Positions 10,328 through 18,208 of a stretch of 64,000 nt of DNA are shown piece after piece. The notes beneath the pieces are model-generated. The model saw nothing but the letters and a program-made list of their open reading frames with translations. It was not told where the DNA came from and did no database searches. Position numbers and translations under genes: made by a program. The stretch's first letter is position 1; each line of letters begins with the position of its first letter. The stretch comes from Candidatus Marinacidobacterales bacterium (lineage in GTDB: Bacteria > Acidobacteriota > Vicinamibacteria > Marinacidobacterales > DATDRI01): the NCBI GenBank assembly GCA_965226495.1, contig OZ245365.1, forward strand, positions 3,712,001 through 3,776,000, in the 5' to 3' direction.

Positions 10328-10962
10328 CTAGGCGGGCCCCTCGGGCTCCAGACCGAGGACGCTGGTCTGAGGTACCAGCGTTTGATCTTCGATGCGGTCA
10401 GCTAGAATTCGTCGCGCCTGACCGTAGTAGTCACCGGGGACGCGAAGAAAATCGTAACCCTGGCGAAGAAACCGATCTTCGCCGCGGAGGCCGAGGACGA
10501 TCTCCGGCCTTTCCGAAGAAAATCGTAACCCTGGCGAAGAAACCGATCTTCGCCGCGGAGGCCGAGGACGATCTCCGGCCTTTCCCGCCAGCCATGCCAG
10601 CGAATCTCCTGATAAGGGAGGAAGCGACGCTCTGCCCAGATGCCGGAGGCATAGAAACCTCTTCGGATCCGAAAACTCATCGGAAAGACGACGGTGTAAA
10701 AAACAGCCATAAGTCCTTGCGCGACGGTGTGAAGAGCGGGCCGGTGCAAGATGAAGCCACTGAAGAAGGTCATGGCGATCATGAAGAATCCGATCCCTAG
10801 GCAAAGGCCGAGAAACCAAGGGCGAGGCGTTTCCCACGAAAGAATGGAACTCGGTGCCAGACTCCGGAACTGACGATACTTGACCAAGATGGAGAAGTTC
10901 CACACCGAGAAGACGACGGCCAGCCCTGCGAAAGCCAACCCCAGCAGATCATCCATGTTCAT
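10328..10962 (-). CDS. Membrane protein (about 3 TM helices), frame broken by a 71-bp tandem duplication
   Basis: Removing one repeat copy joins MNMDDLL...RQGYDFLR to VPGDYYGQARRILADRI..., giving a 187-aa protein. Confidence 0.7.
10443..10584. repeat. Perfect 71-bp tandem duplication
   Basis: cgaagaaaatcgtaaccctgg...ccggcctttc at 10443-10513 and 10514-10584. Confidence 0.95.
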
Positions 10963-11046
10963 TCCGACCTAGCCCCCGAGCCGAAAACAATCACGAAACG
11001 CAAATCGGTCTCGACAACAGGACTCGGAGACCCGAGAGAAGTCCCA

Positions 11047-12561
11047 TCAATCGAACTCACGAGGGCCCCAGTCTTCTTGTACTCGAGCCCCGTCGTCTCC
11101 GCCGCCGATTCCCGGTTCGGAACGAGCACCCTCGAGCCCGCCGGGCCGCCTCGAAGGGAGCCCTCCCACGAAGGGCCGGACGAACAACCGAGATGTGTCC
11201 CGCTCACCGTGCGCGGCGAGCGCTGCGGATTCCAGGCGGGCGCCACCCGGCAGGGACCGCCCTGCGAACTCGAAAAGCCCCAATCGGGGCTTATCCGGTC
11301 GCACGGTAAAGATCGTCAGGCCCGCCTGATCCGCCCAGCGAAGATCGTTCTCCAACGAGTGGCGGACTGCCGCTGCCGCTAGCTTCGCCGGGATCGCCGT
11401 TTCGTCCGGACTTCCCGCGGGAGAGCCGCTGACATAGATCACCTGCTCGGCCCCCGCGGACATTGCATCGGCGATCGTCGAGTGACCGGTAAGGAGACTA
11501 GACGAAAATTGATGAACTTCACCGGCGTGCCTGCCGACCAACGGCAGTCTCAGGGGAACACCAGGAGCGAGACCGGGCGGAGAGACCGCGGCGGTGAGGG
11601 CGTCGAACAACAGCGGACCCGACTCGCCGGCGAGACTGACCGGCTCCGCGACGAGAGCACCCGAGCCAGGGCCCCGCGCCGCCATTCGATTCAGCCAACG
11701 ATCCTTAAGCAGCACGAACGGAACCTCTTGGCCGCTGTCCATGTCCAAAGCGTAGAAGATGAGCTCACTAAAACCTGGCTGCCCGAGGCTCGCAGAAAGG
11801 ATATCCCGGTAGCAATTCCCTATGTCGGCGATCTCGGGTGGGTGTGTTTCGGTAGAAGCCCCCCGAACCGCCTCCCAAAGCGTCCGTCGGAGCGCATGCG
11901 TGAACGGTGATATCTGGACGAGGCCATCGCCCAGGAAACGGGCGATGCCTCCGTCGCGGGCCTCGCGAGCCCTCCCGCGAAACAACCCAGGTAGCAGCCA
12001 ACCGACTAAGAGCACCGCGAAAAGGATCGCTATGGGAAACGCCATCGCCCGGAGGTAGATGGGATCGAGCGCGGCGGAAAAAGCCGTGATGTGCTCCTGA
12101 ATCCCGCCGAACAAGGAAGCCATGGCCGCCGGCGCAACGATGCGTGCCGCGGCGATGAAGGGGAGGGCCAGCAAGAGCAACACCGCAAGCAGGGCCGGCG
12201 AAACGAAAACTGCAAATGCCGCAGTAAGACAAATTGTAGCTAAGCGGTACGGTGTACGAAGCCGCCAGGCTCCACTGTCTTGGATCGACGAGAAAAGACC
12301 TCCCTCACCGAGTAGTTTGTTCGAAGACTGGATGGCGCCAAACGCTGCCACCAAGGCTCCGACACCCCTGCCCAGAATCAAGTCGATGCGCACCCCAGCC
12401 TGTTCGAGAGCCTTGAGGGCCCCTGCCAGATAGGCAGCCGAGGTTCCTTCACCGATCAAAACCAATGCGGTGCGGCGGGAGGGGTTATAGGAATGGATTC
12501 CGCCGCCCGCGCCGGCAGATGAGGGGAGGTGACTCTCCGGGAGCTCACCAGTCATCGACAC
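11047..12561 (-). CDS. Degenerate patatin-like membrane protein
   Basis: ALVLIGEGTSAAYLAGALKAL...IDLILGRGVGA resembles a patatin N-terminus with altered motifs; hydrophobic insertion. Confidence 0.6.
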   Translation of the reverse strand: MSMTGELPESHLPSSAGAGGGIHSYNPSRRTALVLIGEGTSAAYLAGALKALEQAGVRIDLILGRGVGALVAAFGAIQSSNKLLGEGGLFSSIQDSGAWRLRTPYRLATICLTAAFAVFVSPALLAVLLLLALPFIAAARIVAPAAMASLFGGIQEHITAFSAALDPIYLRAMAFPIAILFAVLLVGWLLPGLFRGRAREARDGGIARFLGDGLVQISPFTHALRRTLWEAVRGASTETHPPEIADIGNCYRDILSASLGQPGFSELIFYALDMDSGQEVPFVLLKDRWLNRMAARGPGSGALVAEPVSLAGESGPLLFDALTAAVSPPGLAPGVPLRLPLVGRHAGEVHQFSSSLLTGHSTIADAMSAGAEQVIYVSGSPAGSPDETAIPAKLAAAAVRHSLENDLRWADQAGLTIFTVRPDKPRLGLFEFAGRSLPGGARLESAALAAHGERDTSRLFVRPFVGGLPSRRPGGLEGARSEPGIGGGDDGARVQEDWGPREFD

Positions 12562-12642
12562 ATCATATCCTAGGCGCCCCTGACCCGCGATTGTTCACAG
12601 TTCTAAATGAGGCGTCTACCCAGCTGCGTTAAACTAAGGCCC

Positions 12643-14601
12643 ATGGCGGACAACGTACAGCAATTATTAAAGGAGCGACTCGCGGAAGGCGTGAAAACCC
12701 TCTTCGGAGTCGATCTTCAGGACATCATCGTAGAAACTCCTCCACAAGCGGAGCTCGGCGACCTAGCCTTCACCGTCGCGTTCGACTTAGCCCGCAAGGC
12801 CCGGAAAGCGCCCCGAAAAATAGCCGAGGACTTGGCTCCCGTACTTCGGGAGACGGAAGGGGTCGAGCACGTCGACATCGCCGGGGCTGGATATTTGAAC
12901 GTTTTCTTGGCACGGAGTCCGTACCTGGAGGCGTACTGTCGCGGATCGGATATTCATGGGACACCAAAGTCCGGCAAAGTCATCGTCGAGCACACCAATA
13001 TCAACCCCAACAAGGCGGCTCACATCGGCCATCTTCGCAACGCTGCGCTCGGAGACACCTTCGTTCGTGTGCTTCGATTCTGTCGCGAGACGGTTGAGGT
13101 GCAAAACTACATCGATGATACCGGGGTCCAGGTAGCCGACGTCGTAGTCGGTTTCCTGGAGCTCGAGAAAAAAGGCCTTAAAGAGGTCCGGGCCCTCGCA
13201 GAACAGGACCGGTTCGACTACTACTGCTGGGACCTTTACGCCAGAGTGACCGAGTACTTCGCCGCCGATCCAGTTCTCGCCGCCCGTCGCGAGACGACCC
13301 TCAAGGCGATCGAAGCGGGAACCCAGCCCGAGGCAGCGATGGGTCGTGAGATCGCCGCCCGCATTGCAAACCGTCACCTCCAGACGATGGAGCGAATCAG
13401 TGTTCGCTACGATCTGATGCCTTGGGAGGGTGACATTCTTCGCCTGCACTTCTGGGACCACGCGTTCGCGCTATTGAAAGATAAACGCGCGGTACGGCTC
13501 TCCGAAAACGGCAAGAATGCCGGCTGTTGGGTCATGGATTTGCCCGAGGAGACAGACGGCGGTGCGTCAGAAGAAAAAGTGATCGTGCGCTCCAACGGTA
13601 CGGTGACCTACGTGGGAAAAGACATCGCATACCAGCTTTGGAAGCTAGGGCAATTGGATCTCGATTTCGGTTACCATCGTTTCTATACCTACCCGAAAGG
13701 GGAAACGGTCTGGTCGACCACCTCGGAACCGAGCGAGCCAGGGGCTCCCCACTTCGGCAATGGAACCAAAGTCTACAACGTCATCGACACCCGGCAGTCA
13801 TACCTGCAAAAGATCGTGCAGTACGGTGTCTCGCTGATTGGCTCAGAAGAGACGCAAGGCCGGTCACACCATTTTTCCTACGAAATGGTCGCCCTCACTC
13901 CAGCCACCTGCCGCGAACTGGGTTTCGAGGTCAGCGAGGAGGAGGCCAAGAAGCCATACGTCGAAGTCTCGGGACGTAAGGGACTCGGTGTCAAGGCCGA
14001 CGATTTGATCGACGTGCTCGAAGAGAAAGCGCTCGGCGAGGTGGCGGAGCGAAACCCTGAGCTCTCCGAAGAGGAACAGACCGCGCTAGCACAGACCATT
14101 GCGCGTGGTGCACTGCGCTATTTCATGATCAAGTTCACTAAGAACAAAGTCATTGCCTTCGATTTCTCTGAGGCGCTTGCCTTCGAGGGCGACACCGGAC
14201 CTTACCTCCAATACGCGATGGTTCGAGCTAACAAAATCATCCACAAGATGGGTCTCGAAACCGAACTTGGTCCTCTCACTCTCCCCACAGAGCTGATGGA
14301 CGGCAAGGGCTGGAAAGAGCTACCGAAGGAAGAGGCCAACGAGCTGTGGTCCCTAGCGTTCGCATCGACCGCGCTCCCGCAAGTAGCGGAACAAGTGACG
14401 CACGCCGAAGAACCCGCCCTGCTCGCGAGATTCGCTTTCCAACTAGCTCAAAAATTCAACGCCTTCTACCACCGCTATCCCATCCTTAGAGAGACCGACC
14501 CCACGAAGAAAGCCATGCGCCTTTTTGTCGTTCAGATTTTCCGACGACAGATGGCCGCCGCGCTGGAGTTATTGGGGGTCGCGGTACCGGCGCGAATGTA
14601 A
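12643..14601 (+). CDS. argS: Arginine--tRNA ligase
   Basis: EHTNINPNKAAHIGHLRN (HIGH motif), VQNYIDDTGVQVAD, FEGDTGPYLQYA, DALR-type C-terminus ending PARM. Confidence 0.97.
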   Translation: MADNVQQLLKERLAEGVKTLFGVDLQDIIVETPPQAELGDLAFTVAFDLARKARKAPRKIAEDLAPVLRETEGVEHVDIAGAGYLNVFLARSPYLEAYCRGSDIHGTPKSGKVIVEHTNINPNKAAHIGHLRNAALGDTFVRVLRFCRETVEVQNYIDDTGVQVADVVVGFLELEKKGLKEVRALAEQDRFDYYCWDLYARVTEYFAADPVLAARRETTLKAIEAGTQPEAAMGREIAARIANRHLQTMERISVRYDLMPWEGDILRLHFWDHAFALLKDKRAVRLSENGKNAGCWVMDLPEETDGGASEEKVIVRSNGTVTYVGKDIAYQLWKLGQLDLDFGYHRFYTYPKGETVWSTTSEPSEPGAPHFGNGTKVYNVIDTRQSYLQKIVQYGVSLIGSEETQGRSHHFSYEMVALTPATCRELGFEVSEEEAKKPYVEVSGRKGLGVKADDLIDVLEEKALGEVAERNPELSEEEQTALAQTIARGALRYFMIKFTKNKVIAFDFSEALAFEGDTGPYLQYAMVRANKIIHKMGLETELGPLTLPTELMDGKGWKELPKEEANELWSLAFASTALPQVAEQVTHAEEPALLARFAFQLAQKFNAFYHRYPILRETDPTKKAMRLFVVQIFRRQMAAALELLGVAVPARM

Positions 14602-14630
14602 CACCGCGGTACCGGCGCGAATGTATCACC
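14580..14630 (+). repeat. 25-bp-period direct repeat of the argS 3' end
   Basis: cgcggtaccggcgcgaatgta at 14580-14600 and 14605-14625. Confidence 0.9.
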
Positions 14631-14656
14631 CAGGAAAACGGGCGGAATGAGTGCCT

Positions 14657-15067
14657 CTATTGGTCGGGATCGATCCCGTGCTCCCGCAACCATTCGCGCG
14701 CGCGCGCGTTTAGCTTCGCGGCCCGGAAGCTGTGCCATTGTTTGCGCCGGTTGGGGTATTTTTGAAGCGCTTCTTCGAAACGCTGAAAAGCTCCCTTACC
14801 AATGAGGGCTTGATTCAACTCTTCGATCAGACTCTCGTTGGGAAGCGATTCGACGAAGTCCTCCATGATCTGGAAACGCTCGTTGGTGGTAAACGGAGAA
14901 ATAAGGAGATACCGATCCGCCTCTGCCTCCGTGTCACCGAGGCCATCGCCGAACTCCTCCGACACCATGATCACCTCACCGGCCTCACGGTCGTAGTAGT
15001 GCTTGATGGTGTCTAACTGCGACTCAAGCGCTTGGATCAGCGCTTCTAGACTCGCGGGGGAACCCAT
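14657..15067 (-). CDS. UPF0158 family protein
   Basis: YYDREAGEV, FQIMEDFV, LNQALIGKGAFQRF, AREWLREHGI. Confidence 0.85.
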   Translation of the reverse strand: MGSPASLEALIQALESQLDTIKHYYDREAGEVIMVSEEFGDGLGDTEAEADRYLLISPFTTNERFQIMEDFVESLPNESLIEELNQALIGKGAFQRFEEALQKYPNRRKQWHSFRAAKLNARAREWLREHGIDPDQ

Positions 15068-15218
15068 GGGCTACACGGCTTTCCTTTCCTTTGGGCGTCA
15101 AAACTCGCTGCGACCGCTAACGAATCCGAGCAAACCCCTGCAACTCTTGTGCGGCCGTGACCAGAGCACATCCTACGACACCGAACCCCGTCAGCCAAGT
15201 GGAATCCTTCTCGCGACC

Positions 15219-16055
15219 TCAATTTCTCTCGGAGCGCCAGCGGTTTAGCCCGTGCCTCCAGCGTCTCCACCGGGACGGCCGCAGCAAACGCTCCAACTCG
15301 GGCATCTTTCGGCGCATCTCCCGACTACCGGTTTCGATGATCTCGGAAGCCTGGCCGAGATCCTGCCAGCTCACCCCAGGCAGTTCTGGAGCCACAACCA
15401 ACTCGGCACCCGCAAGGTACTGGCTCGTCACCTCACGACTCATGAGATAGACGGATTGTGAGATCACCTGGAGTAAGTTCAGTGGCTCGCCAAGTCGTAG
15501 CACACCCTTGGTGGGGTCGATCGCCAGCACCACTTCGGCGCCCATATCTCGAGGAAGGTCTGCGGGAACGTTACAGGAGACACCGCCATCTACCAGGAGC
15601 CTACCTCCCCTCTCCACGGGTAGAAAAACTCCCGGAATGGCGCAGCTCGCGAGGAGAGCAGACACCAACCCTCCTTCCTCGATAACGACCCTCTCGCCGG
15701 TGTTCAGGTCGGTCGTGACAACCCTTAAAGGTATGGACAGGTCTTCGAACCGAGCCACCGGCACGATCTTGCGGATCAGGGCCTCTAGTCTCTCCAATGC
15801 GAGGAGGCCACGACGAGAAAACGCGGGGCGAGCCAACGATCTCCAGGTAAGCGCCGCGGCTTCCTTTTCCAGATCCTTGGGATCCGCACCCGCAGCGAAC
15901 GCGGCTCCTATGATACTACCCGCACTGGTGGCGGCGATCGCGGATACTCGGATACCCGCGGCGACCAGTACCTCTAGAGCACCAATATGAGCTAGAGAGC
16001 GGGCCGCCCCACCACCCAGGGCGAGCCCGAGGCGGCGGTCGTCGGCCCGTTTCAA
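15219..16055 (-). CDS. Patatin-like phospholipase (RssA/NTE type)
   Basis: LALGGGAARSLAHIG, ATSAGS nucleophile elbow, LVDGG; probable TTG start overlapping the lepB stop. Confidence 0.9.
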   Translation of the reverse strand: MKRADDRRLGLALGGGAARSLAHIGALEVLVAAGIRVSAIAATSAGSIIGAAFAAGADPKDLEKEAAALTWRSLARPAFSRRGLLALERLEALIRKIVPVARFEDLSIPLRVVTTDLNTGERVVIEEGGLVSALLASCAIPGVFLPVERGGRLLVDGGVSCNVPADLPRDMGAEVVLAIDPTKGVLRLGEPLNLLQVISQSVYLMSREVTSQYLAGAELVVAPELPGVSWQDLGQASEIIETGSREMRRKMPELERLLRPSRWRRWRHGLNRWRSERN

Positions 16056-16666
16056 CGGATGGTTCCGAACTCGCCGGGGGGCCAAATCCGAAGAAAGGCT
16101 TTCCCGTATATGTATCGCTGCGGGACGAATCCCCAACTCCGGCTATCGTTGCTACCACGCCGGTTGTCGCCCAGAACGAAGTAATGTCCCGCGCGGACTT
16201 CCTGAGCGGCGAAGCTCCGTCTGTCGCTGTACTCCGGCTTCACGTACGACTCTTCGACAAGCTCACCGTTCACGCGGAGCTCGCCGCGCCTTATCTCGAC
16301 CCGATCGCCGGGGAGCGCTGCCACTCTCTTGATGAAGGAGACGTCGGGATCCTCCGTGTACCAGAACACGACGACATCGCCGCGGTCGATGGGACGAAAG
16401 TGATAAATGAACTTGTTGACGAGAATGCGCTCGCCGTCTCTCAGCTCCGGAACCATGCTAGTTCCCTGCACCTTGAACGCTTGGACGACGTAAGTAATGA
16501 GCAGCGCACAAATCACGACCGCGATGGCGAGATCGTGAAGCAGATCGATGACGTGCCGAAAGGGGCGAACCCTTGGTTTGGAAATAATCGGCACGCCGAG
16601 TGTGGTCGACTCTACGGCCGGTGCGGGTGCGGCAGGGTCGTCTTCAGTGATGAAAGGTTCCGTCAA
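16052..16666 (-). CDS. lepB: Signal peptidase I
   Basis: GTSMVPEL (Ser), FIKRV (Lys), GDNRRGSNDSR. Confidence 0.95.
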   Translation of the reverse strand: MTEPFITEDDPAAPAPAVESTTLGVPIISKPRVRPFRHVIDLLHDLAIAVVICALLITYVVQAFKVQGTSMVPELRDGERILVNKFIYHFRPIDRGDVVVFWYTEDPDVSFIKRVAALPGDRVEIRRGELRVNGELVEESYVKPEYSDRRSFAAQEVRAGHYFVLGDNRRGSNDSRSWGFVPQRYIYGKAFLRIWPPGEFGTIR

Positions 16667-16723
16667 TTCCCTACTCTAGGAGTTCGGCGTGCTCGCGAGA
16701 CTGTAGGTTATCCGCTTGTTCGT

Positions 16724-18205
16724 TCAAGACCGCCAAACGACGCAGGTGTCCGCCAGTCGATCGTGAAGCCCACGCTTGTCATCAGAAACGGCAATCAGCA
16801 GGAAGCCGATGCCGAACACGAAGCTATTGATAGTGTATCCCATCCCTCTCAGCATGGCTCGCCGCCATCCGATGGGCGTCTCCCCGGACATGGTCACCAC
16901 TCTAAGGCCGAGAATCTTCTTGCCAGGAGTCTCTCCACGCAATGCCCAGAAGGTGACCGGATACACAATGGAAAGAACGAGAGTAGCGATTCCGCCAATG
17001 ATCGGCAGGAGAAACATGCTCGGCGTGGCCTGCGGCAAACTAGCCATGATGCCCTGCTCCACGAGCGAAAACGTCCATACTCCGGTCGCTATCAAAACCG
17101 GCAGGCTCACGATCGCGGAATCGATGGAATAGGCGGCGAACCGTATCCAAAAGCCTGCCGGCCGGCCCATCGCCGCCTGCGGTCCGGTCGCCGATCGCCG
17201 GCTCGCGGCTCGCGGCGAAGAGCGAACGTGCTTGAGCGGTGCGGGAGCCCTCTGTGGTTCTGGTTGAGGAACCACAGAACCAGTGATTCGGCCAACCGGA
17301 CTTCCTTTCTCGGCTTTTTGGGCGTCGTCGGGGGGCGTTCCCATAACATCGTGCGGGTTTTCGACATCGGCTGGCACTCGGCTCGGTGCAACCCTTCCGG
17401 GCGCGGGCGAGCGGTGCGCAGGTTCCGCAACTGGTTCCGGCGCGCCAGACGGGTAAGCCGGTTCAGCCGCTACTGATGGAGCGATCGGAGCCAGTTGGGC
17501 CGACTGAGCCGAGTGAGCCGACTGAGGGTGTCCAGACGGTTGAGGCTGAGCCGGTGGAACCGGTTGAGCCTGCTGCGCCTGTCCGCCGGCTTGTGGGCGC
17601 GGCGGCACCGCGCTCAGCAGGACCTGTCCGCAAGCACCACAGAACTTGGCCGGAAGCATCACCACCGCGCTGCAGCTCTTGCAAGCAATCTGCTTGGCGG
17701 AAGAGTCAGGTAGCTGTTCACCACATTGGCGGCAAAAGCTGTCGAAAGGACTGGCCTGCGCTCCACAGGCGACGCACGACAGCCCGGGCTGGGCTGGGTC
17801 TGGTAGGCGCGAGGCTCTGGGCGGCGCAGAAGGAGGTGCCGAGGCCGGCGATACCGGCACGGGTTGCGTAACCAAGGGGCCGGCGGGAATAACCGGAGGG
17901 GCCGCGTCTGCCGCGTTCTCGGCGGCAAAGAGTAGTCGTGCCGACCCGATGGCGATAAGATCGCCATCGCGGAGCGGTTGCTCACTCACGACCCGATCGC
18001 CATTGACCAAAGTTCCGTTGGAGCTACTGTTGTCGCGGATCACAAACTGTTCACCCCGACGCTCCAGGATCGCATGACGACGTGACACCATCGCGTCCGA
18101 TAGCACGAGATCGTTCGAGGGATCTCGGCCGACCGAAATGATCTTACCGGCAACCGGGATTTCCTTCTTCGCGCCGGACGTTGGGTTGATGATCAGCTTG
18201 GCCAA
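16724..18205 (-). CDS. FHA + double zinc ribbon + RDD membrane protein
   Basis: VGRDPSND..VSRRHA..SSNGT (FHA); four CxxC pairs; Pro/Ala/Gln linker; AGFWIRFAAYSID...TPGKKILGL...RGLHDRLADT (RDD). Confidence 0.9.
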   Translation of the reverse strand: MAKLIINPTSGAKKEIPVAGKIISVGRDPSNDLVLSDAMVSRRHAILERRGEQFVIRDNSSSNGTLVNGDRVVSEQPLRDGDLIAIGSARLLFAAENAADAAPPVIPAGPLVTQPVPVSPASAPPSAPPRASRLPDPAQPGLSCVACGAQASPFDSFCRQCGEQLPDSSAKQIACKSCSAVVMLPAKFCGACGQVLLSAVPPRPQAGGQAQQAQPVPPAQPQPSGHPQSAHSAQSAQLAPIAPSVAAEPAYPSGAPEPVAEPAHRSPAPGRVAPSRVPADVENPHDVMGTPPDDAQKAEKGSPVGRITGSVVPQPEPQRAPAPLKHVRSSPRAASRRSATGPQAAMGRPAGFWIRFAAYSIDSAIVSLPVLIATGVWTFSLVEQGIMASLPQATPSMFLLPIIGGIATLVLSIVYPVTFWALRGETPGKKILGLRVVTMSGETPIGWRRAMLRGMGYTINSFVFGIGFLLIAVSDDKRGLHDRLADTCVVWRS

Positions 18206-18208
18206 GAC

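Noticed and set aside
12643-14601. Archaeal/Thermus-like ArgRS as evidence of recent horizontal transfer
   Set aside because: This type is known in several bacterial phyla and its composition looks like that of its neighbours
15199-15215. Sigma54-like TGGAAT-N5-TCGC
   Set aside because: It points into the antisense strand of the patatin gene, with no plus-strand gene downstream
16184-17476. 430-aa plus-strand ORF and other long shadow ORFs (e.g. 21208-22113, 34544-35302, 49188-49970)
   Set aside because: They lie antisense to well-supported genes, are expected at high GC, and carry no motifs
17490-17580. Short gccgactga-type repeats
   Set aside because: They encode the low-complexity SAH/SAQ/AQP linker of the FHA-RDD protein
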